Both the position numbers and the translations under genes were made by a program. A DNA stretch of 64,000 bases, taken from positions 10,666,001-10,730,000 of the forward strand of contig OZ076409.1 in assembly GCA_964187785.1 (NCBI GenBank), given 5' to 3'. Of this stretch, positions 1-8,858 are shown in pieces; the first letter of the stretch is position 1; every line of letters begins with the position of its first letter. The DNA comes from Amphiscolops sp. MND2022. Lineage: Eukaryota. The notes beneath the pieces were generated by a model. That model was not told the DNA's origin and searched no databases. It saw nothing but the letters and a program-made list of their open reading frames with translations.

Positions 1-1206
1 CTGTTGTTCTCGAAAGAGAATGATTTCTGTATCTTTTATCAGTTTTTAGAAATATGAGCCACAAATGAGAAAAAAAATTTCGACATTTTTTTTCATTTTT
101 TTGCCCGAAAGAACTATTATGACAAAACTTTTGACGTCATTTTTAGGCTAAAATGTAGCTTTTGAAACGCTTGTACAATTTACGATACTAAGGACTTATC
201 ACTCGGGTACCATGGCTTCGAACACTGGGTTGATCCCCGGTTCCATCTTCAGCTTATACAACCGAAGACCCATACATAAATCTGGATGTTTTTGAGCAAC
301 TTTAATTGGATCATGTTCAAATGTAAAAATGTATAGAAAACGTGCAAGTCATAACGTGACCGTAAAGTGTTTTTCATTCGTGCCAACTAATTTCCATATA
401 TGGAAACATGGTATGAACTATATGTTAGGCCAATCTGGGAACAAAAATTAGTTTGAACATTGCCGGTAAAATATGGTAAAATGTGAAAATAATTCGCGGT
501 TCCATAATAAACCTTCGGGCGATTAGAAGCACGAAGTCTAAATGTCATTTCAATTTCTTCCGAATCGCAAGGTAACGCTCCAACTCATGAACAGATAGAC
601 CTCAATGCAAAACTTTCGATTCAATCTTCTCGAAAAAAAGGAAATTGATTACAAACAAATACGGTATTCTGCCAAATTTTTCTTCACTGTTTTGTTGTGT
701 GGGTGCAATTTTGATGTAGGATGCGTTCGTTCCGTTTTGTTGTGCCATGATCGTTGTTTCAGCTTTATGCGGCTATAAATTTTTGCAAGATAGAAAACAC
801 CTTTTGTTCGAAGCTACAAAGTAGATCGTTTATCACCGAGTGATCTTCATGTGTGTGCTGATACCGAATATACAAGCAGTTTATTGCTATTTGTGGCTCT
901 CAATCTTTTCCACCAAAAACATTAGAGACAAAAGAAGCCGTTTTTAGTTAAATCTGGCCCACCTAATGATCTACAGAACCATATATGGGGCCAGATTATT
1001 TTGATTACCTTTTCCGTTGTTACCTTGGTATTATATAAGTTTAAAATAGTTATGTAACTTAAACCTGAAATCTGGAATTTGAAAAAAAAAAACAATTTAC
1101 TTTGACACCCTATATCTACATTTGAAATGATGATCGTGAAAGTTTGATCAATCATAACTTTCGGCTCGAATTCCTATCATTTCGCAAAACTGAAAAATAC
1201 AGTTCC

Positions 1207-1311
1207 TATAAAACTCTCAAGGAAATTTTCATGCAATAAAATCCAGATTATTCAATATATTGTATAACCTTCTGGATTTTATTGCATGAAATTTTCTTTG
1301 AGGTTTTTATA
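1207..1311. repeat. Small hairpin / MITE-like inverted repeat
   Basis: ~41-bp arms 1207-1247 and 1271-1311 (core ttcatgcaataaaatccaga / tctggattttattgcatgaa). Confidence 0.7.
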
Positions 1312-2517
1312 AAATCACGGAAGATTTGATTGGCAACCTACACAATGTGACAGAAAAAGTTCAACCAATTTCAACCAATGTAGCCATACAACGGCCTTGG
1401 TTCTGAATGTCAAATTCCCAATTTTCCAGATCAACAAAAATTCAGTATAATGAATATTGAACAATGTTTGTCTTCTATTAAATCAGAAAATAACTGACAA
1501 AATCATCACATTATTATAATTGGTTCGTCGATTTTTATTGATTTATTGCAAAAATTTCACCTTTTTACTCACGTTTCCGGCTTTAATTTTCAATTTACAA
1601 ATTTTGTAACCAGTGGATGATCAGCGAAATATAAGTAGTACGGCATGGAGCTTAATGATCCGGATACAGTTGATGAAGCCAAAACTGAGGATAGCCAATC
1701 CGGACTCCTGAAGAAACTTCACACAATGCTGCCCCCTCCCCCGGGCATAAAAACCTCAAAGATGTTGCTGAGTACAGGGCCGCATACTTGCCAGCAGAAC
1801 TCACACAACCCTCTGCACTTCTGGTGGCTCGATCCAGACCTCTGGCTCGACTCGGAGGCAGGCCTGGCTAGTGATTGTTCCAGCTGCCGGATGTTCCATC
1901 AAAAACTCAAGTAAATTGATTTTTTTCTGAAAATTTTTTATTTCTCGCAAGTGAAATAACGCCTAATTGCAAAAAAACGTTTGGAGTCCCAATGTCAAGG
2001 ATGAAAATGACAAAAAATGAGAAAAACTAATAGCTTTGGTTTTTAGCCCGATAGTTTTTGTTGACTTGCTTCTGAAAATCTGAAAGTTTTGAATTTGGAA
2101 AGCGTGCCGAACTTTTGTTGACTCATTAACGCGAGATGCCAGTCAGCAAATTAGACAAGTTGCACCAAAAATTCGAAGTACCTCATGACATGGATCGTGA
2201 AAGTCTATAGAAACTGGTCGAAAAGCAACTAACTGAGAATTGTGCGGTCGAAAACTCGTCGCATGAACAGAGAATTATCTCAGCCAAATGAAGTGCTGGT
2301 TTTGTGATCGTACTGTTATGAAGTTCTACATTATTATGACATATTCCAGGGTAGAGTGTGAAAGTGACACATTTCAGGCAGATATATAACTAAGAAGGAT
2401 ATGTTATGCGTATAGTAAGAAAACATCCCGAAAAAATTCGGAAAAATAATTCGAAAATTAGCACTCGGTAGTCCCTGTGAGTTCACTGCAATATTTCTCA
2501 GAGCTATCATTACGAGA

Positions 2518-3251
2518 TGTAACGACAAGCTCTCACCATTGTCGCCGTAACCATACGAGTTAGAGGAACACATGATATGGGTATTTGCCCGGGACAGGCG
2601 CCCATGACCATGAGCTCATTTTGCCTCTTTCGGGTAAAAACTGTCCCGTCAGAGGAGGATTCCGCTTCTTGTGAAGTGCTCGCCGGCCTGATCCAGTCTG
2701 TAATTGCTATCAGTAGTGCGCATTACGCTTTTTCTTCGAAACCAACACTTAGACAGCCTTTAAAAAATGCATATGGTGGAAAGGAAAAATCAAGTTTTAT
2801 CGAAGTTACACAGGAGATCGAAATGAGTAGCTCACGAGCTGTTACAACAAGAAAATACGAAAATTACTACATAATTAGCACTTTTGAGGCAGCAATTAGC
2901 CGGGGACACAAGCACGGATGCTTGGTCAAGCTAATTGACTCATTTTTGGTAATCACAGCGTCTTGTAACGCTTCGCTGAAGAAAGCACTGGTTGGAAGAA
3001 AGTTCAGTCCGTTTTGGCAGAAATTTGAGTCTTTTTCTGACAGTGGCCGTATTTTTCTGCAATTTTCTTGTTCGGTTGGGGTCTCTCTCGAGTCTTCTGC
3101 TCAATTTCTCTTCAATTCTGTGGGCAGGTACTTGAATAAAGACACGCTGCCATCTAGCGGAATATGACTCTTTAGTAGAGGAGATATAGTCCCTTGAACG
3201 AAATTTTCATCGAAATTTTCGAAATCCTGCACTCGATAGGTAATCGCTACA
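2518..3251 (-). repeat. 3' LTR of the giant Gypsy element
   Basis: TGTAACGA...TCGCTACA (7/8 inverted termini); matches 21014-21747 apart from two visible substitutions (ccatacgag/ccataagag, aatcctgc/aatcgtgc). Confidence 0.97.
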
Positions 3252-3261
3252 TACACTCCCC
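3252..3261 (-). promoter_or_regulatory. Short polypurine-tract-like sequence
   Basis: Minus strand GGGGAGTGTA immediately before the 3' LTR. Confidence 0.5.
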
Positions 3262-4267
3262 GGGGTCTAGTCTTGACGTCCCCGTCAAGTGTGGGTTGGC
3301 GTCATTGAGTCTGTACCCAGAGTCATCTGTGTCCCACTGAGGAGGTAGAGTGCACATCAAGTAGCGCTGGACGGTTCATTGGGACATCGTCAAGTTGGCC
3401 TCGTGGAAGTGTTTTTGACCCAGCGTTGCTGCATTTTGATCAAATCAATACAATTTTGTATACAAATCTTATACGGCAAGGTCATTATTTTTGTAGCCTG
3501 TCGTGAGCAATTCAGGCGTTAAAATTTCTTTTCGGCCATTCAAAAAAAAAAAATTTTTTTATTTGCCGTTAGTGTTAAAACTTGTTTTAAGGTCAACGAC
3601 CATCACATGACTGTTCGAAACTTATTTTCCGAAGCTCGGGAGCTTCGCACTGCTTGGCGTTTGATAAAAGTTCTTTTGGTAAGCAGTTGCCATAAAATCA
3701 ATCAGTTAGTACAGTCAATTTAAAATTTCTTTTGCGAGACTTACTCTCGATCCTATCAGGTAGCTCAAGAAAAACAATGGTCGAGGTTCATCAATCTTTT
3801 TATTCTATCCATTTCTCATCTCTCCCTTTTTGTTTCCTTTTCCTTCATCTTTTTCTTTTTGTCTTTTTCGACAATAGCAACAGTGTAGACAATAACTAGT
3901 AACTAAAAGGGTGTAATAGCACCGAAAATTTAGAGCACGGAGTGCGCACAGCGCATCCACATGTAGCATAAGGTAGCATGAAAAAGCACTAACTGCAAAC
4001 ACAAATTGCAAATTGAATATTGCATCTAACTAAGGCAAGGCAAAGACGCAGTTTCATGGTTGGGTTGCCGGTCCCAAAACGGGATAATAAGGAGGATGAA
4101 GCCCGGGGGCTTCATCTCCACTTGGAGATTTTTACCCATGACCAATTGGCATTTCCATAATCGAAGTTTAGCAACAACAGAGATTGAAACCATGAGATTT
4201 CGCAAAAGTTCATCTAGCATAAGACTATTGAAGTTGGAAATCGAATGACGACAAAGTTAGGTTTGTT

Positions 4268-7200
4268 TTATTGGGTGGCGGAGGAGTGACGCGCTCTGGG
4301 GGAGACGTCGGCCTTTGGTTGCAGTTCGGATAGAGATCCTCTTCGCGTATTTCCTCCTCGCAGGACTGGCCTTGGTTCGGCGCTGGCAGTTTCATGGGTC
4401 CTGGGAGCCGTATTTGAGCCACTAGGGCCATTTTCTGCGGCTACAGGAGTTGAGGCTTCTGGCGAATGTTCTTGCGCTGCATTGGTTGAGTCGCTAACAT
4501 TGGCAGAACTTGTGGTCGACGTGGAGATTGGGATCTGCACATCCAATCTACTGGCATTAAACAGGTGCGGCAGATCCAGCGGTCTATTGCGGGTGGCAAT
4601 GGGTCGTTTCTGCTTCGCACTGAGTTTCGGGCGTAGATCAGGTCGGCCCCAGAGCCCGCAGGCTCTGGACCAGTTGTCCCTGTTAGCATGTTCTATAATT
4701 TGTCTGGAGGCTTCCCATTCGGGTCCGAGGGGATCACTCAGCAATTCCATGACGTGGTAGCAAGTCTCCGCTGGCATGTCGCTTCCCATAGTAACCCTCG
4801 CCTCTGGATTCCAAACAGGCATTGTCAGTGGGGGAATGATCAAACCTTTTAGGCGCCCTTGGCGTTCCTCCAGGGTCCTTGACATCCACACGCCTAGTTT
4901 GTAGTGATCGCGATAGGCGTACTGTTCATCAAAGCCCTTCTCGACCATGCTGATTGGCTTAGCCCGGATATAACCGATGGGTCCTCGCCAGTACCTGGCT
5001 GGAAGCTTGATCATTTGAAAATTATACTCCTGGTTTGTGTGACCGCCCATGGTTTGCACGCATTCGGTCACGTACTTCCTGAGGTGTGCGAAACTCCAAT
5101 TGAATCGCTGTGGGATTCCGAGGTGATCTAGGGGAGAATTGTACCAATTCACCGGGCCGTATTCGCGAGGTAAAGGGCACGCCTTCTTTGTTCGGGCTTT
5201 GAGAATACCGGCCAGGTTTTCGTCTTGCTGCGTCTCATTCTTTATGGTGGTATACATGCGGGGTACTAGCAGAAACAGCCCACGTTCAAGCATCTGTTGA
5301 TAGTTGTGCGGTTTCACGTTCTTCAGATAAGTCAGGATGGATACTGTTAGTGTCTCCGAGGCCAGTCGCAGAGGCTTGGTGGGATAGCGAAGTATCCCGG
5401 TTGGGCCAAATATCGGAGTTAGCACGGGTGCTAACACCGGTACGAGATCTTCGACTTCAGCCAAAGTGAAATCTGCCAGCTGGTTAGGTGTCAAAAATCC
5501 AGCTACCTCGGTCACTAGCTGACGTCCGTCATATAATGGTTGGTGCTTATCCACCCCCACGAAAAGTCCCGAGGCAAAGACCAGACTGCAATATATCCAG
5601 TGATATAATGAAGTTGTCATGCGCTCCAGGTGAGCGGGATAATCCTGAGCGTCTTTTCGTTGTAACAGCTTGGCTAAGGCGGTGAGGCCTGAGATATTCC
5701 CTCGTGCAATCACCAGATATGAAAATAGCCATTCCAGATTACACTCGGTAACTAGGTCGGTCAATATCATCACTGGGCCAGCTACAAAGCGTTTCTGCCC
5801 GAAAGTGAGCATCAGTGCAAAGAGTTCGTTTACTTGCATGGTACCGATAATCTCGCTGATTTCGATCAACCAGTTTTCGTCTAAATCGAACTCGACTCGA
5901 ATAACATCGGGACTCCAACCCAATCCCAAACAGATGGCAAACTGGTCGGTTGACATCCCAAGCTCTTTTGCAATGTCTGCTACGGTGGTAGTTTGTAGCC
6001 GCTGGTACCAGGCGTCGTAGGTGCTGCTGAAGGCTTGGATTTCAGCCTGAGTTTCGCTCGTCAGTTTTGCAGCAATGTACTTCATTCCCACTGATAATTG
6101 ATCGATTGTGAGGTCCTTGGCAAATTGAACTCGCGGGATGGCTCGTTCTACTTCTCGGTCGCTGGGGACTTTGCTCATTATGGCAGTGACTTCTGCAAGA
6201 TCAGTTTTGATACAAGTCTTTCCACCGGAGGAGCGCGCGCGCTCTATCCAGTTATTCAGGCGGATTGCCTCGCATTCAGCCGTACTGGGCTCTGGGACTC
6301 GCCTTTCTCCGTCGTTGTTGAATACTAACAAGCCCATACGAGTGCCGTGATCAAAGTAGATGGCATCGTCGATTGTCAGCTGCGCGTTCCCTGTCTTTTC
6401 CACTGACTGTAGCACTTTAGACACTGAGGCAATATACCCCATGTAGGACAGCCAGGAGGGACGAAAGTCGTTGGAGCTAATCCGCATATTGGGCGCGCAG
6501 ATCGCAAAGTCTATTTCTCTACACTTGCAAACTTCTGTCACCATGTAGATAAATCTCTGCAAGGCGGGGGGCCATTGGCAGAAACCTGGGGGTGTCACGA
6601 ACAGGGCTGGCACCTTGAGTTTATCCTTTAAGATGTTTTGGGCTTTTTCCATGGCTCGGGCCATGTTCAATGCTGCATTGCGTACTGTTGTTCGCTGTGC
6701 TGGACTTGGATTCATAATTTCAACGTTCGCGATCTGGGCCATTAGTCCTTCACAGGCCATGTGATCGAAAACGTTGCTGATGATCACTCTGCGTGGGGGT
6801 GGCTCTTTGAAGGTTCCTGTCATCTCAGGGTCAAACATGGTGACCAACACTTCGGCCATCTCGGGAATACGTGACAGCGGTAGAGTAAAAACCATCACGT
6901 CTGACAGCACATTGTCAATGGGGACATTCTTGAGGAATGTTGAGTCTATAAGTAAGGCGAAGCGCGCACGCTGCAACCTTTCTTTTGGCATTGGTAGCTG
7001 GGCTTCGAGGTCACGGGCGTACCGTGGGTTGATCTCGAAGGTCTCTCCAGCGTTGAGGAAATATCGGTCAGCGAATTGCCCACGAAGGTCAATGTTGAGG
7101 GCATCCAAGTAATTGTCTTCCACGTTTGGCAGCATATTCATTGCCTTCCCTAGCCATGGCGGCTCATTGGTAGGAGTGTGGTCGGGGCGGATTGGACGAT

Positions 7201-8635
7201 TCATGAATACAGGTACATTCGCCTTCTTCAATTTCGCATGCTCTTCGTCATTCGGAGGACACATGTTCTTCTCAAATAGCCATTCGGGCGATACTATAAC
7301 TGCCGATTCCCAGATACGTCGGGAGTCCTTGGTGACCAGTGTGCCCTTTGTGTTTTGCATGGGACTCAGGTACGTCGGCTGTTTCGTAAAGGTCCTCTTA
7401 GTTGGGTGTTGAATCGCCTGTTTGCGGAGTGGGGTTCCAGTTGGACCACTGTTGGTTACCTTCAATCCTGGGTAGTCACCCATTATGTCCTCGACAGTTC
7501 GCTGGGATTCAGGGGTGCCTTGATAACCCACAGTTTGCTCCGTTTGTGGCTGTCTTGATGTGGACGGCTTAGGAGTCGCTCGTTGAGCCAGCGACTCGCG
7601 TGTTGTAGACTGCGTGGATGGTGGTTGCGGCAGTCCTTGTTGTTCGCCTGTTACGTCCGGTTGTGATTGGGGTGAGGGAAGCACGCATGCTTCCGACACT
7701 TTTGACTTCGTTTGGTCTGGCGCTTTGGAGGTTGTGGCCTTCTCGTTGGAAATCTTTTTGTCGGGTGGTGGCTTGCTCGAGGGGCTGTCACGGGCAGTCA
7801 ATGGTTGTTGAGTCTTCTTTGTTGGAGAAGGGTCGTTGCGCTTTCTGGAGGCAGGGCGGCTCTCTCCTCCCCCCTTTTGAGAAGAGCGGGAAGGCGAACG
7901 ACTGCGCTCCACCGTCACGGTGCGGGAGTGTCCTGGCTGTTCAGATTGAGTATTGATGTGAGGAATAGTGATGACATCTGGACGTGCTTGAGTTGAAGTC
8001 ACATTGTCGTTGCGAATAGTGACAGTGGGCAGAGCAATTCGGCGTAGTTCAGGCCAACACTGCTCCATGGATCGCATGAAATCATCGTAATTGGGGTTGG
8101 CAGCCACTGCTTGCAGTGCTGAGATGACTGCTTGCTCCGCCATTGATTGATTGGGCAAGTTAGGCACTATAGGAGCAGGAGTGCGCGCACGCACTACTGC
8201 TTGTGGTGTTGATGCAGGAGGTGGCGGTGGAGGTGGAGGCGGGCAAGAAGGGATCTGTAGAGATCTGGTTTGATGGACTCCGCCATTCGCAGGACTGTAT
8301 GAGATCGCCGCACGATCATCCGTGAAGTGATGCGTGAGATCATGGCCGTGCCACACTCCATCTTGGTATGTCATGGATCGTTGGAACCCAGGAAACCCTG
8401 AAGTAATTGATATTGTCAGCATTGGGGCTTGCAATTGTGATTCCATCTGGGCAATGATTGCCGCCACCCCGGCAACTGTAGCTGGCGACAGACCTTGGTC
8501 GAGTCTGTCTCGAATAAAGGCAATTTGTGGGGTACGTTGGACACGCGCAGTGTCATAGACGCGTTGCCCCAAGGCAGGAGAGTTATCTGTAGACCTTGGC
8601 GGGACGTTGTTGCTTCTATCGTTATCTTGGTTCAT
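4268..8635 (-). CDS. ORF3 of the giant element: 1455-aa protein with an SGNH/GDSL-hydrolase-like domain, function unknown
   Basis: Uninterrupted 4.4-kb ATG-TAA ORF between pol and the 3' LTR; P/S/T-rich N-terminus; motif order LLIDS / VFTLPLSRI / PRRVIISNVFDH / LFVTPP / DFRPS. Confidence 0.85.
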   Translation of the reverse strand: MNQDNDRSNNVPPRSTDNSPALGQRVYDTARVQRTPQIAFIRDRLDQGLSPATVAGVAAIIAQMESQLQAPMLTISITSGFPGFQRSMTYQDGVWHGHDLTHHFTDDRAAISYSPANGGVHQTRSLQIPSCPPPPPPPPPASTPQAVVRARTPAPIVPNLPNQSMAEQAVISALQAVAANPNYDDFMRSMEQCWPELRRIALPTVTIRNDNVTSTQARPDVITIPHINTQSEQPGHSRTVTVERSRSPSRSSQKGGGESRPASRKRNDPSPTKKTQQPLTARDSPSSKPPPDKKISNEKATTSKAPDQTKSKVSEACVLPSPQSQPDVTGEQQGLPQPPSTQSTTRESLAQRATPKPSTSRQPQTEQTVGYQGTPESQRTVEDIMGDYPGLKVTNSGPTGTPLRKQAIQHPTKRTFTKQPTYLSPMQNTKGTLVTKDSRRIWESAVIVSPEWLFEKNMCPPNDEEHAKLKKANVPVFMNRPIRPDHTPTNEPPWLGKAMNMLPNVEDNYLDALNIDLRGQFADRYFLNAGETFEINPRYARDLEAQLPMPKERLQRARFALLIDSTFLKNVPIDNVLSDVMVFTLPLSRIPEMAEVLVTMFDPEMTGTFKEPPPRRVIISNVFDHMACEGLMAQIANVEIMNPSPAQRTTVRNAALNMARAMEKAQNILKDKLKVPALFVTPPGFCQWPPALQRFIYMVTEVCKCREIDFAICAPNMRISSNDFRPSWLSYMGYIASVSKVLQSVEKTGNAQLTIDDAIYFDHGTRMGLLVFNNDGERRVPEPSTAECEAIRLNNWIERARSSGGKTCIKTDLAEVTAIMSKVPSDREVERAIPRVQFAKDLTIDQLSVGMKYIAAKLTSETQAEIQAFSSTYDAWYQRLQTTTVADIAKELGMSTDQFAICLGLGWSPDVIRVEFDLDENWLIEISEIIGTMQVNELFALMLTFGQKRFVAGPVMILTDLVTECNLEWLFSYLVIARGNISGLTALAKLLQRKDAQDYPAHLERMTTSLYHWIYCSLVFASGLFVGVDKHQPLYDGRQLVTEVAGFLTPNQLADFTLAEVEDLVPVLAPVLTPIFGPTGILRYPTKPLRLASETLTVSILTYLKNVKPHNYQQMLERGLFLLVPRMYTTIKNETQQDENLAGILKARTKKACPLPREYGPVNWYNSPLDHLGIPQRFNWSFAHLRKYVTECVQTMGGHTNQEYNFQMIKLPARYWRGPIGYIRAKPISMVEKGFDEQYAYRDHYKLGVWMSRTLEERQGRLKGLIIPPLTMPVWNPEARVTMGSDMPAETCYHVMELLSDPLGPEWEASRQIIEHANRDNWSRACGLWGRPDLRPKLSAKQKRPIATRNRPLDLPHLFNASRLDVQIPISTSTTSSANVSDSTNAAQEHSPEASTPVAAENGPSGSNTAPRTHETASAEPRPVLRGGNTRRGSLSELQPKADVSPRARHSSATQ

Positions 8636-8645
8636 GACGACAATT

Positions 8646-8660
8646 CTGAAAGAGTGCAGG
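8646..8660 (-). promoter_or_regulatory. Putative splice acceptor for ORF3 subgenomic mRNA
   Basis: Minus strand cctgcactctttcAG, then aattgtcgtcATG; the ATG is 10 nt downstream of the AG. Confidence 0.5.
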
Positions 8661-8858
8661 TCGATTGTAGCACACTTGATAGTAGGACAACACCATAGGT
8701 CATTTTAAGGGTAATACCAGGGAGAGTAATAGAATGTCACACACTAACATTAAAGAAAAGGTAACGTAACAGTTTCACATAAACTCCGTGTCGACTTATT
8801 AAACTTAATCGAGCGGATAAAAAACAAAAAAACAAAAAAAAGCGGACAAACGAAAGCT

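Noticed and set aside
1645..1914. 89-aa ORF as a stand-alone gene
   Set aside because: GC-richer and exon-like, but I could not establish a consistent spliced frame or any homology.
4268..8635. ORF3 as a classical Env glycoprotein
   Set aside because: No signal peptide, no Cys-rich ectodomain and no C-terminal anchor; the C-terminus is hydrophilic.
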